Source: Bacilli bacterium (lineage in GTDB: Bacteria; Bacillota_I; Bacilli_A; RF39; UBA660). From it: a stretch of DNA of 64,000 nt. Within the stretch, counting starts at the first letter, position 1. The number at the start of each line of letters is the position of its first letter. Under the pieces are notes generated by a model. That model ran no database searches. It saw only the letters and a program-made list of their open reading frames with translations, and was not told the origin of the DNA. The stretch spans positions 410 through 64,409 of the forward strand of contig CAADYO010000001.1 in the NCBI GenBank assembly GCA_900753325.1. Direction: 5' to 3'. The translations under genes were made by a program, and so were the position numbers. Shown piece by piece: positions 1 through 9,690 of the stretch.

Positions 1-537
1 ACTAAACATAATACTTTCAAAAATAAATTGTTTGTCAGTATTAAAGGCAAATTCCATTGGAGGTGTAAAACCAAGTGACTTTGAAACATATCCTAATATA
101 TACTTTAATTCACTGTTTGTTTCCATTGATTGTAAAAAATGATATAAGTATAGATAAGTATTATAGGTATCTTTTGTTTTATCAGAAGATAATTTTTCTT
201 TCAATAAATTGATGATATCTGATAATAGTTCTTGTTCTTTTTTATTAAAACCTTTTAAATCAGCAATGATATCTTTATTAGAAGAATCTTTAACACCTTC
301 ATTTAATCTGTTCTCTACTTCGATTATATATTCTCCAGTAATTTTTAAACTACTCAAATCTTCTATTTTTTCTATATTTAATAAACTCAATAGTTTAGCA
401 GCTTTTTCTTTTGGCCAATTATTAATGTCTTCGATTGCTAAATAGTTATATAACATTTGTCTAGATACTCCTAGATATTTGGCTAAACGTACTTTGCTAA
501 TTCCTAATTCAGTTAATACAACATTTAATTCTTTCAT
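1..537 (-). CDS. XRE-family helix-turn-helix protein; the C-terminus runs off the window start
   Basis: Absent from the ORF track because it is open at the window edge. The reverse complement of 535..537 is ATG, preceded by GGAGAGGATAAT. The translation MKELNVVLTELGISKVRLAKYLGVSRQMLYNYLAIEDINNWPKEK is a typical Cro/XRE HTH, and I checked that the frame stays open to position 1. Confidence 0.7.
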   Translation of the reverse strand, partial: MKELNVVLTELGISKVRLAKYLGVSRQMLYNYLAIEDINNWPKEKAAKLLSLLNIEKIEDLSSLKITGEYIIEVENRLNEGVKDSSNKDIIADLKGFNKKEQELLSDIINLLKEKLSSDKTKDTYNTYLYLYHFLQSMETNSELKYILGYVSKSLGFTPPMEFAFNTDKQFIFESIMFS

Positions 538-602
538 ATTATCCTCTCCTAATATAATTATAGGCAATTATGTGTAAATAATCAAGTGTAAATTGACACT
601 TT

Positions 603-1220
603 TTAATAATATATATTAACTTGGTAGCTAGGAATACTTTCTTTTAGGAGATATGGATTGTTTTCAGATGATGGAATTATTCTACCATAGTGGGTTGGTA
701 CTACAATCTTTGGCTTTATTATTTCCACTAATTTTTTTGCGGTCGTATAGTCCATTGTATATACTCCACCGACTGGGACAAATAAAACATCACATTTGAT
801 TGTGTTCATTTCATTTATTAAATCGCTATCACCAACTATATAATAACTTATATTATTTCTTTTTATTATATAACCTAACCAGTTATCATCCCTTTTATGA
901 TACGGTTTATTAATATTATAAGCTCTTGTTGTTTGAATACTTAAATCATCTATTTTATAGTTTTTTTCTGGTTCTACAACGTAAATATTATTCTTTGGAA
1001 TGTTTGCAGCTAAAATATCATTTAAGCATATGCTTGGTATAATTAATTTAGTTTCTTTTGTTAGGACTTTCTTTATATCATTTAGAGAAAAATGATCATA
1101 ATGTGGGTGTGTTATAAATATATATTTTGCTTTATTTAAATTATTTTCTAATTCATATGGATCTATATATATTTCATTATCTATTTGAATTGAGTTTTGA
1201 AAATTAACATTTATATTCAT
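603..1220 (-). CDS. MBL-fold metallo-hydrolase
   Basis: HPHYDH metal-binding motif (FITHPHYDHF) and a later VPTHYG; ends 1 nt from mnmA. Confidence 0.8.
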   Translation of the reverse strand: MNINVNFQNSIQIDNEIYIDPYELENNLNKAKYIFITHPHYDHFSLNDIKKVLTKETKLIIPSICLNDILAANIPKNNIYVVEPEKNYKIDDLSIQTTRAYNINKPYHKRDDNWLGYIIKRNNISYYIVGDSDLINEMNTIKCDVLFVPVGGVYTMDYTTAKKLVEIIKPKIVVPTHYGRIIPSSENNPYLLKESIPSYQVNIYY

Positions 1221-1221
1221 T

Positions 1222-2262
1222 TTATATTTCCTCCTCTATTATTCCTCCACCCAAACAGGTATTTTCTTCATCATAAAAAACTACTGATTGGCCTTTAGTT
1301 ATTGCTCGTACTGGTTCTTCAAAATTTACTATTATTTTATCATTATTTCTTTCTAAATTAGCTTTTACTTTTTGACCGCGAGAACGTATTTTGGCGTATA
1401 CAGTATTTGGTAAGTTATCTACTAAAATATTTATATCTTTGGCAATTAGACTCTTTTTATATAATTTATCATTTGTACCGACAATTAAAGCATTGTTTTT
1501 AGTATCTATTTCTAGTACATATAGTGGTTCTTTGTAACTAATATTTAATCCTTTTCTTTGACCAATTGTATAGTATATTAGGCCATGATGTTTTCCTATT
1601 AGTGTGCCATCATCTAAATATATATTACCTTGTTCTATCCTTTTATGTAGATTTTGTTTTAAATAAGTTGGATAATCATCATTTGGTATAAAACAAATTT
1701 CTTGACTATCTTTTTTATTACTAGTACTTAGATTGGCATTTGCGGCGATAGCACGTACTTCATCTTTATTATTATAGTTTTCTAATGGAAAAAGAATCTT
1801 ATTTAAAAGATTTTTATTTATGCCGTATAAAAAGTATGATTGATCTTTATTTTTAGTATTTGATTCCTTTAATTTGCCATTTTCTATTTTAGCATAATGA
1901 CCTGTTGCGATATAGTCTGCTTGGAATATTTCATTTGCTTTTTGATAGAAAAGGCCAAACTTAAATTTTTTATTGCATAATACACAAGGGTTTGGTGTTA
2001 ATCCTTTTTGATATGACTCAATGAAATTAGCTATTATTGTATCTTTAAATTCTTTCTCTAAGTCAAATACATAATGCTTGATACCTAAACTATTACAAAC
2101 ATTTTTAGCGTCTGTAATGGCTTTTTCTGTCTTTTTATCATTTAATAATTTCATTGTAGCTCCGATTACTTCATAACCTTCTTTTTTTAATAAATAGGCA
2201 GCTGTTGAGGAATCTACTCCTCCTGACATTGCCACTACTACTTTCTTTCCCATAAACTTCAC
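1222..2262 (-). CDS. mnmA: tRNA 2-thiouridine(34) synthase MnmA
   Basis: PP-loop SGGVDSS near the N-terminus, the CVLCNK and ATGHYA motifs, and about 346 aa are all typical of MnmA. Confidence 0.95.
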   Translation of the reverse strand: MKFMGKKVVVAMSGGVDSSTAAYLLKKEGYEVIGATMKLLNDKKTEKAITDAKNVCNSLGIKHYVFDLEKEFKDTIIANFIESYQKGLTPNPCVLCNKKFKFGLFYQKANEIFQADYIATGHYAKIENGKLKESNTKNKDQSYFLYGINKNLLNKILFPLENYNNKDEVRAIAANANLSTSNKKDSQEICFIPNDDYPTYLKQNLHKRIEQGNIYLDDGTLIGKHHGLIYYTIGQRKGLNISYKEPLYVLEIDTKNNALIVGTNDKLYKKSLIAKDINILVDNLPNTVYAKIRSRGQKVKANLERNNDKIIVNFEEPVRAITKGQSVVFYDEENTCLGGGIIEEEI

Positions 2263-2304
2263 CTATTTATAAATTATACAGTATTTTCAGTCATTTTTAA
2301 AGAT

Positions 2305-2901
2305 TTATGTAAGATTAAATAACTTAGGCATAACAAATGATTCTAATACGGCCGTTAATATTAATAGAAAAAGTGATATTAATAATAATTTTAAATATCT
2401 GTTTACAATTATTCTTTTATTATATTCTTTTTTACGAAATAAATAATTAAAGAGCATTAATGAAAAACTTATTGAATAATAAGATAAAACAAAAATAATA
2501 AATAAATTTATTAGATTTGGAATTATATATATTATGGACTTAATAATACCATTAAATTTATAGGTGTAGATTAAACTTGATATGGTAAAACCAAAGGTTA
2601 AACTTTTAAATGACAATATACTAATAACTATGGGAATACCAATTATTGATATACCTAATATCCATATTATTAAATTTATGATTATATTGTTAGTTAATGT
2701 TTTATATAGTAAGACACTTTGATTTAGCTTATTTTCTTTAATTGATATAAAAAAGTTATTTAGACTTTTTACAATTAAACTTTTATTATTACCTGATAAA
2801 ATACTTATTAAAAGTATTCCTATGATAAAGCTAATTACTGTTACTATGAATATTATTATGAATAGTTTTTTTTCTTTTAGTTTCTTTACTAGTTCTTTCA
2901 T
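2305..2901 (-). CDS. spoIIM: Stage II sporulation protein M-like membrane protein
   Basis: 198-aa polytopic membrane protein. The central WILGISIIGIPIV block and the overall layout match my memory of SpoIIM (WILGISIIGLP). Confidence 0.75.
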   Translation of the reverse strand: MKELVKKLKEKKLFIIIFIVTVISFIIGILLISILSGNNKSLIVKSLNNFFISIKENKLNQSVLLYKTLTNNIIINLIIWILGISIIGIPIVISILSFKSLTFGFTISSLIYTYKFNGIIKSIIYIIPNLINLFIIFVLSYYSISFSLMLFNYLFRKKEYNKRIIVNRYLKLLLISLFLLILTAVLESFVMPKLFNLT

Positions 2902-2994
2902 TTTATCATCCTCAGTTTAAGTATATTAACATTTTTCTTAAATATGTTTTACTTTTTGTGACAATTATTTTATAATTATTGTGAGGTGGATAAT

Positions 2995-3081
2995 ATGAAT
3001 AAAAATGTAACTCGTATTATATCAATTGTTTTAGTATTAGCTATGATTGTTGGTTTTATTAGTGTTTTGTTTTATCTATAA
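2995..3081 (+). CDS. Candidate 28-aa single-pass membrane peptide (below the ORF-track cutoff)
   Basis: ATG at 2995 lies 5 nt after GAGGTGGA. The product is MNKNVTRIISIVLVLAMIVGFISVLFYL, stop at 3079..3081, followed immediately by a hairpin. Confidence 0.4.
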   Translation: MNKNVTRIISIVLVLAMIVGFISVLFYL

Positions 3082-3082
3082 A

Positions 3083-3113
3083 AAGACGGGTCATCAAACT
3101 GGTGACTCGTCTT
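3083..3113. terminator. Bidirectional intrinsic terminator hairpin
   Basis: AAGACGGGTCATC / GGTGACTCGTCTT stem flanked by A-run and T-run, between convergent genes. Confidence 0.6.
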
Positions 3114-3114
3114 T

Positions 3115-3417
3115 TTATTTACTTATATATCCTTCTATTTCCGGAACTATTGTATTTATTGTTTCATTGTTAAAGTTATATTTATTTGCTATATCATTTA
3201 TTCTTTTATAATCTTTTGCTAAATATAACATTAATATTCCTGAGATACGATTAGCTGTATATTGACTCATTTTTTGATAATCTGCTTGGGATATATTATA
3301 TTTATTTTTTACTTCTTCAGCAGGTCCGTATGAATATAAATAATTTGTTAATGAGCGACTTACTAATTCTACTTTTTTATTTTTATCTTTTAGATGCACT
3401 TTTGTCCAAATTTTCAT
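3115..3417 (-). CDS. Hypothetical protein (100 aa)
   Basis: AGGAGGCATCACA precedes the ATG. No motif recognised. Confidence 0.55.
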   Translation of the reverse strand: MKIWTKVHLKDKNKKVELVSRSLTNYLYSYGPAEEVKNKYNISQADYQKMSQYTANRISGILMLYLAKDYKRINDIANKYNFNNETINTIVPEIEGYISK

Positions 3418-3570
3418 TGTGATGCCTCCTTTTTTCTTGTCTTAATATACTATCACAAAATGAGAACAAAATACAAATTAAAATTTGTCTTTTTGATTGT
3501 TGCCAACCAAAATTACTATAAATAATTCAATATATCTTCATTTGAAATAAAAAAGAAAGAATATCTTTCT

Positions 3571-4095
3571 TTATTTTAAATATGGATTGTGTTCTTTTTC
3601 ATATTTTAGTGTTGTCTCATCATCGTGTCCAGGATATAATTTTATATTTTCGTCATATGTTAAAATCTTTTTGATACTATTTTCCATTTCTAGGGTATCC
3701 CCACCTGGCAAATCTGTTCTACCAATAGATTCTTTGAAAATGAAGTCTCCAACAAACATAACATTATCTTCTTTGAAATAGAATGTTACAGAGTCTTTAG
3801 AATGACCTGGTGTGTATATGCAATCAAAACTAAAGTCTCCGATTGTATATTCTTTTTCCTCTAAATTGCTTTTTTTAAATATTTTTATTGATCGCTTTGT
3901 TAAGAAGTTTCTTAAGGCACCAATATGATCAAAATGTGAGTGAGTTATTAAAACTGCTAAAACTTTATTGTCACCAATTGCTTCTTTAATATTTTGATAA
4001 TCATCTCCTGGATCAATAATTAATGCTGTTTTATTTTTTATTAGAACATAACAGTTTTCATCTAATGCCCCTGTAATAATTCTTTTAATTTCCAT
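3571..4095 (-). CDS. MBL-fold metallo-hydrolase (glyoxalase II-like)
   Basis: THSHFDH motif, later PGHS and GDFIF...GRTD, and a C-terminal PGHD. Confidence 0.85.
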   Translation of the reverse strand: MEIKRIITGALDENCYVLIKNKTALIIDPGDDYQNIKEAIGDNKVLAVLITHSHFDHIGALRNFLTKRSIKIFKKSNLEEKEYTIGDFSFDCIYTPGHSKDSVTFYFKEDNVMFVGDFIFKESIGRTDLPGGDTLEMENSIKKILTYDENIKLYPGHDDETTLKYEKEHNPYLK

Positions 4096-4109
4096 AAATT
4101 TATCACCTT

Positions 4110-4874
4110 TTACTTTCCTAGTTCTTTGCTTATATACGTGTAATTATAATTACTATCTAATTTAAATGTATATTTATATGTACCGGATATTAAATTATCT
4201 GGTAATTTTTGGCCTTCTGAGCCAAGATACTTCACCTTTTCATATAAAATAATAGTCGATTCCTGTGATGTTGCTTTAAAAAGATTTTTTGTTACTTGAT
4301 AGGTAACTGTTGGTACTTGACCGCAATAACCTTGAACATACTCTCCCCTACTTGGAATGTATTGATAACCACCTATACATTTTTTATTTAACTGGATGTT
4401 ATTATTTTCAAAGTTTGAATTCTCACCAAATAAGTTTTTATATGCTATTTTTAATGTTTCTTCTTTAAAAGCTGTTGGCGTAAATTCATTATTTTCTTGA
4501 CAAATGTATGAAGGCATTGCAGCGTCATTAAATTGATTACAATTTGATTCATATATTTTGTCATTAGGAATTTGTCTATATGCTAAATACATTTTTAATG
4601 ATTCGTTTAATTCTGTTTCAGCAACATCTTCTTTAATGTTGGTGGCTACTTTACTGTATAAATCTTGAACTATTGTTGAATCTAATGGCAGTTCTTTAAT
4701 ATCACCTGTTGTTGATACCGGACTACATTCGGCTTTAAGTTTTGTAATTTGCTTTTGATGAAGATCATATGTATAATATGTAAAAAAGCAAAAACCAGCG
4801 ACGGTTAATAAATATAGTATTAAGCCAGTATGCTTTTTCTTTACTGGAACATTACTATTTTTTTCTTCTTTCAT
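4110..4874 (-). CDS. Membrane-anchored extracytoplasmic protein, unknown function
   Basis: One N-terminal TM (GLILYLLTVAGFCFFTYY) followed by a Cys-containing soluble domain. I prefer the ATG at 4874 (GGTGA RBS) over the track start at 4886, which is a TTG. Confidence 0.6.
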   Translation of the reverse strand: MKEEKNSNVPVKKKHTGLILYLLTVAGFCFFTYYTYDLHQKQITKLKAECSPVSTTGDIKELPLDSTIVQDLYSKVATNIKEDVAETELNESLKMYLAYRQIPNDKIYESNCNQFNDAAMPSYICQENNEFTPTAFKEETLKIAYKNLFGENSNFENNNIQLNKKCIGGYQYIPSRGEYVQGYCGQVPTVTYQVTKNLFKATSQESTIILYEKVKYLGSEGQKLPDNLISGTYKYTFKLDSNYNYTYISKELGK

Positions 4875-4989
4875 AGTTTTCACCAACCCTACTCTATAAT
4901 TTTAATATATTTTTATTTATTTGACAAGAATAAGCTATTTTAAAATATAATAAAAATAAAAAACGACAAATCTAATTTGTCGTTTATTC

Positions 4990-7359
4990 TTATTCAAGGT
5001 TAGTATCAAATTGTGAATTATATAAGTTAGCATAAAAACCATTTTTCTTTAATAATTCTTGATGATTTCCTTGCTCGATTATGTCACCTTCATTCATAAC
5101 AAGAATTAGATCAGCATTTTTAATTGTAGATAGTCTATGAGCAATAATAAAACTTGTTCTTCCTTCTGTTAATTTATCCATGGCTTTTTGAACTAATTCT
5201 TCAGTTCTGGTATCAACGTTTGATGTTGCTTCATCTAGAATCAAAAATGGTGCATCTTCAATCATACCACGAGCTATGGTTAGTAATTGTTTTTGGCCTG
5301 CGGAAATACTATCATTATCTTCTAAAATGGTATTATAGCCATTTGGCAATGTTTTAATGAAATGATCAAGGCCGATTGTTTCACAAACTTCTTTAACTTT
5401 AGCTTCTTTAATATTTTGATGATTATAAATAATATTTTCTTTGATTGTACCATTGAATAGCCAGGTGTCTTGAAGAACCATTGTAAATAAACTATGAATA
5501 TTTTCTCTTGATAATTCTTTAATTGAAGTTCCATCTATTATTATGTCTCCGGAATTTATTTCGTAAAACTTCATAAGTAAATTTACCATTGTGGTTTTTC
5601 CAGCACCGGTTGGCCCGACAATAGCTATTTTTTGACCGGCTTTGGCTTTGGCACTGAAGTTTTTTATTGTTGGTTTATCATTACTATCATATTTAAATAT
5701 AACATTTTTAAATTCAATATTACCTTTGACTTTAGATTTTTCTAAGTATTTTGCAATCTCTGTTTGAGATGGCATTTCTTCTTCATCAATAAATTCATAT
5801 ACTCTTTCACTGGCAGCTGTAGTTGTTTGTACTTGAGTCATTGCTTGGGCTATTTGAGATAATGGCGATGAGAATAGTCTAACGTAAGTTATAAAGGCTA
5901 TAATTACACCAAAACTAATAGTATCATTCATGGTGAGAATCGCTCCAACAATACATACTGCAACATAACCAAAATTACCAATAAATTGCATCATAGGAGG
6001 CATTAGGCCAGATAAAAATTGACTTTTTAAGTTGGCTTCATACATTTTTTCATTTAATTTATCAAACTTTTCATTAGCATCATCTACTCCATTATAAACT
6101 TTGACAACATTTAATCCTGAATATATTTCTTCAATGTGTCCATTTAAATTACCTAATTCCTTTTGACGAGCAGCAAAATATTTTTGAGATTTTGATAATA
6201 CTAAGAACATGAATAAAAATCCTACTAAGCTAGATAAAATTGCAGTTGTTGCTAGAATCCAGTTTGTTACATACATCATAATTACTGTTCCAACTAGTAA
6301 GGTTGTTGCACTAACTAAGGTTGCTAGAGAATTGTTCATTGATTGAGCAATTGTATCAACATCATTTGTTACTCTTGATAAAATATCACCAGTTGAATGT
6401 TTATCAAAGTATTTTAAAGGTAATTTATTAATTTTTTCAGAGATACTTGTACGTAGTTTTTTGGCAAATCTATTTGATGCTTGGGTCATTGTAATAGATT
6501 CAAAATAATTAAATATTGCACTTATAATATATAAAATTACTAGTAAGGTAGTTATACTTTTGATTTTTTCTAAGTCCATTTTTGGTTTTACTAGACTTTG
6601 AATATTTTTTGGCATTTTATCTATTTTTTTATATAAAACATTTACATCTATATCTTTTTTATTACTGAAATCAGACATAAGACTTAAAAAATCTATTTGT
6701 TCAGAACTAGTAATATTTTTATTTAGAATTTTTATATCTGGTAATAAGATTTCTTTTAAGGTAGGACTGGCATCAATCTTTTTACTGTTTAATGATTTTA
6801 GGAGAGCAATTTTTTCTCTACTAGTTATATTTTTATTTTGGTATGTACTATCTGGAATAATTTCTTTTAAGATTGAATCTGGTAGACTTGAGATTTTAGA
6901 AATTATAGTATCTTGATTATTATTTTGAATTTCTTCTAGGGTTTTAGAAAAAATTTGCTTATCATCATTCGATATGTCTTCAGCTGCCAAAATGCTACTT
7001 ATTTTTTCTTTTGAAAAATCTATTTTTAATATCTGACTTATTCTTTCATTAGTTTTTGGATTTGATAAGTTATTTGTAATATCTTTTGTAACTGTTTCCA
7101 AATTTTTACTGTTAACGATTAAGCCTTTTGATATTTCATCAGTTAAATCCGATAAAATATTTGGAGTAAAAATAGCAATTATAGATCCTGTGGCTGCTAA
7201 AAATAGAGAAATTATGATTAATACTTTGAAATTTTCTAAACCTTTTAGAAGCCTTTTAATTGCTAGTTTAAAGTTCTTTGGTTTTTCTGCTGCTCTTCCC
7301 ATTCCTGGAGGGCCTGGCCTTCTAGGCTCTTTATTACGTTTTTCTTCTGCACTAGTCAT
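4990..7359 (-). CDS. ABC exporter, fused permease/ATPase half-transporter with a large insert in the first external loop
   Basis: Walker A GPTGAGKTT, signature SAGQKQ, Walker B FLILDEATS. About 190 extra residues lie between TM1 and TM2. Overlaps the partner gene by 8 nt. Confidence 0.9.
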   Translation of the reverse strand: MTSAEEKRNKEPRRPGPPGMGRAAEKPKNFKLAIKRLLKGLENFKVLIIISLFLAATGSIIAIFTPNILSDLTDEISKGLIVNSKNLETVTKDITNNLSNPKTNERISQILKIDFSKEKISSILAAEDISNDDKQIFSKTLEEIQNNNQDTIISKISSLPDSILKEIIPDSTYQNKNITSREKIALLKSLNSKKIDASPTLKEILLPDIKILNKNITSSEQIDFLSLMSDFSNKKDIDVNVLYKKIDKMPKNIQSLVKPKMDLEKIKSITTLLVILYIISAIFNYFESITMTQASNRFAKKLRTSISEKINKLPLKYFDKHSTGDILSRVTNDVDTIAQSMNNSLATLVSATTLLVGTVIMMYVTNWILATTAILSSLVGFLFMFLVLSKSQKYFAARQKELGNLNGHIEEIYSGLNVVKVYNGVDDANEKFDKLNEKMYEANLKSQFLSGLMPPMMQFIGNFGYVAVCIVGAILTMNDTISFGVIIAFITYVRLFSSPLSQIAQAMTQVQTTTAASERVYEFIDEEEMPSQTEIAKYLEKSKVKGNIEFKNVIFKYDSNDKPTIKNFSAKAKAGQKIAIVGPTGAGKTTMVNLLMKFYEINSGDIIIDGTSIKELSRENIHSLFTMVLQDTWLFNGTIKENIIYNHQNIKEAKVKEVCETIGLDHFIKTLPNGYNTILEDNDSISAGQKQLLTIARGMIEDAPFLILDEATSNVDTRTEELVQKAMDKLTEGRTSFIIAHRLSTIKNADLILVMNEGDIIEQGNHQELLKKNGFYANLYNSQFDTNLE

Positions 7360-9109
7360 TTTCTAATTCCTCCTTTGATAGTTGTGATAAAGCAATTTGT
7401 TTGTATACTTCACAGCTTTTTAATAATTCTTTATGTGTTCCAATTCCTACACATTCACCATTATCTAGAACTATTATTTTATCTGCATTCATGATAGTTC
7501 CGATACGTTGGGCAACTATCAGACTTGTTGCGTCTTTTGTATGTTTTTTTAATTCTTTACGAAGATATGAATCTGTCTTATAATCTAGTGCTGAAAATGA
7601 GTCATCAAATATATATATTTCTGGATTTCTGGCAATAGCTCGGGCTATGGCTAGACGCTGTTTTTGTCCTCCTGAGACATTTGTTCCGCCTTGGGCTAAG
7701 TGTGTTTCGTATTTATCATCCATTTTTTCGACAAACTCTTTGGCTTGAGCTACACGAATGGCATCTTTTATATCTTTATCGGTTTTTTCTTTACTTGAAG
7801 ATCCATATGCGACGTTATAATTTACACTTCCATTAAAAATTACGGCTTTTTGAGGAATATAACCTAGTTTATTGTTTAGCACTTCATTTTTGTAATCTTT
7901 AACGTTAATACCATCTACTAATACTTCGCCATCGGTAACATCATAAAATCTTGGTACTAGATTAATAAGCGTTGATTTACCAGAACCAGTTGAACCAATG
8001 AAGGCTACAGTTTGGCCTTTTTCGACTTTAAAAGAAATGTTTTTTAATATATATTCTTCGGCATCTGGATATTTAAAGGAAACGTTTTTAAATTCAACTG
8101 TTCCTTTTTCTTTAGGCTCTTCTGTTACTGTGCCATCTTTGATGGAACTTTTTGTTTCTAATACTTTATTTATACGTTCTGCTGATACTTGCGCTCTTGG
8201 CATCATCATAAAAATCATTGCTAACATTAAGAACGCCATAATTACTTGCATAGCATATGATGAGAAGACTACCATATCACCAAATAAAGCTATTTTATTG
8301 GCCATCATTGCATTATTTATTAGGGTTGAACCTATATAGTATATTGATAAAGCTAAACCATTCATTACTAAATACATTACTGGTGATAAGGTTGCAAACA
8401 TAGTTTGATTGAATAATTGTTGATTGGTTAATTTATTATTAACTTCATCAAATTTATTTTCTTGATATTTTTCGGCATTAAAAGCTCTTACTACTCTAAT
8501 ACCAGTTAAATTTTCCCTAGTTACACTATTAATTTTATCAATTAACTTTTGAACAATTTTAAACTTAGGCATAACAATAATTGTTATTATACCAATTACT
8601 GATAATAGTATAACTACAGCGATGGATGTGGCAACGGACCATTGCCAGCTTTTATTTAATATCTTTAAAATTGCCCAACCGGCTGTAATAGGAGCTTTTA
8701 AAAGCAATTGAAGACCAAAACTAATTAACATTTCAATTTGTGTAATATCATTTGTTGTTCTAGTTATTAAACTACTAATTTTAAATTGTTTTATTTCACT
8801 CATTGAAAGACTTTCTACTTTAGTGAATAAATCTTTGCGTAGTTTTCTTGAAAATGATGATGATATATGAGCAATTATGTAACCTACTATAATTGCGGCT
8901 AATAGGCTACCAAAGGCACAGGCTATCATCCAAGCACCGTTAGAAATAATATCAGACATTTTGCTGCCTTCTGTTTGAACTAGTTTTGTTATTTCAGACA
9001 TATAGTCTGGCATTTTTAATTCCAACCAAACTTGAACTATAACTAATAGTAAAGTAATAAAAGAAAATAGCCATTCTTTCTTATCAAATTTTTTTAGCAA
9101 TTTTATCAT
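7352..9109 (-). CDS. ABC exporter, fused permease/ATPase half-transporter (partner subunit)
   Basis: Walker A GSTGSGKST, signature SGGQKQRLAIARA, Walker B IYIFDDSFS; six-TM N-terminal half. Confidence 0.9.
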   Translation of the reverse strand: MIKLLKKFDKKEWLFSFITLLLVIVQVWLELKMPDYMSEITKLVQTEGSKMSDIISNGAWMIACAFGSLLAAIIVGYIIAHISSSFSRKLRKDLFTKVESLSMSEIKQFKISSLITRTTNDITQIEMLISFGLQLLLKAPITAGWAILKILNKSWQWSVATSIAVVILLSVIGIITIIVMPKFKIVQKLIDKINSVTRENLTGIRVVRAFNAEKYQENKFDEVNNKLTNQQLFNQTMFATLSPVMYLVMNGLALSIYYIGSTLINNAMMANKIALFGDMVVFSSYAMQVIMAFLMLAMIFMMMPRAQVSAERINKVLETKSSIKDGTVTEEPKEKGTVEFKNVSFKYPDAEEYILKNISFKVEKGQTVAFIGSTGSGKSTLINLVPRFYDVTDGEVLVDGINVKDYKNEVLNNKLGYIPQKAVIFNGSVNYNVAYGSSSKEKTDKDIKDAIRVAQAKEFVEKMDDKYETHLAQGGTNVSGGQKQRLAIARAIARNPEIYIFDDSFSALDYKTDSYLRKELKKHTKDATSLIVAQRIGTIMNADKIIVLDNGECVGIGTHKELLKSCEVYKQIALSQLSKEELEND

Positions 9110-9113
9110 ATAT

Positions 9114-9563
9114 TTATATTTCCTCCTCCTTGATGTTCTCTTTCATTATATTTAATACTTTTATAAATGTTTCCAAATCTTCTTGTCGTATGCCTTTTGT
9201 TATTTGCTGTTCTAGTTTTTTCATTTTTCTTTTCTTTTTTTCAAATATTTCAATAGTTCTTTCGTTTAAAACTATTTTTTTAGTTCTAGTATCTTGTTCG
9301 TTTGTTATGCGTTTTATTAAATTGTTTTTTTCCATGGCTTGTAAAACACCAGAGACAGTGGCACGACGGAGATTTAAAATATCTTCTAAATCCTTTTGAT
9401 TTATTTCTTGATTTTTACTGTCTAAAATTTTTTCTATTATTTGAAATTGTGTTGGTGACGGAAATATATTTTCTGGTATATCGACACTTTTATTATTTAT
9501 AAGTGAACGTACAATTTCTTTTTCTAGTGATTTTATTTCATATAATATATTTGTATTATTCAT
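9114..9563 (-). CDS. MarR-family transcriptional regulator
   Basis: Winged-helix segment LNLRRATVSGVLQAMEKNNLIKR...D.R.K; first gene of the ABC exporter operon. Confidence 0.85.
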   Translation of the reverse strand: MNNTNILYEIKSLEKEIVRSLINNKSVDIPENIFPSPTQFQIIEKILDSKNQEINQKDLEDILNLRRATVSGVLQAMEKNNLIKRITNEQDTRTKKIVLNERTIEIFEKKKRKMKKLEQQITKGIRQEDLETFIKVLNIMKENIKEEEI

Positions 9564-9604
9564 ATTAACCTCCTTTATGATTGTTAGTCACCATACATTT
9601 ATTC

Positions 9605-9634
9605 ATTTTAGTACTTTCGATATATTTTGTCAAG
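9605..9634 (-). promoter_or_regulatory. Candidate sigma-A promoter of the MarR-ABC operon
   Basis: On the minus strand, TTGACA (9629..9634), an 18-nt spacer, then TAAAAT (9605..9610). The heptamer CCATACA occurs on both sides (9591..9597 and 9637..9643). Confidence 0.45.
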
Positions 9635-9690
9635 TGCCATACAAAAATAGTAAAAATAAAAAAGTAGCTTTACACTACTTTGTTTTCTTA

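Noticed and set aside
209-445. Plus-strand track ORFs embedded antisense in long minus-strand genes. Examples are 209..445, 3587..3781, 5154..5357, 7401..7583, 7998..8339, 9130..9502, 12110..12559, 16415..17215, 18369..19592, 25210..25449, 26838..27071, 28386..28792, 39119..39334 (minus strand, inside the plus-strand gerA gene), 40210..40557, 45141..46171, 49606..50181, 51402..52870, 58725..58964 and 61434..62345.
   Set aside because: Each lies wholly inside a much longer opposite-strand gene with a clear family identity. Their products are low-complexity (L/I/F/S-rich) sequences typical of antisense frames in AT-rich DNA, and I saw no RBS for them.
9588-9643. The duplicated CCATACA heptamer flanking the MarR operon promoter as a MarR operator.
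   Set aside because: It is only a 7-mer direct repeat, whereas MarR sites are usually inverted repeats. It is noted in the promoter feature, but the evidence is too thin for a finding.
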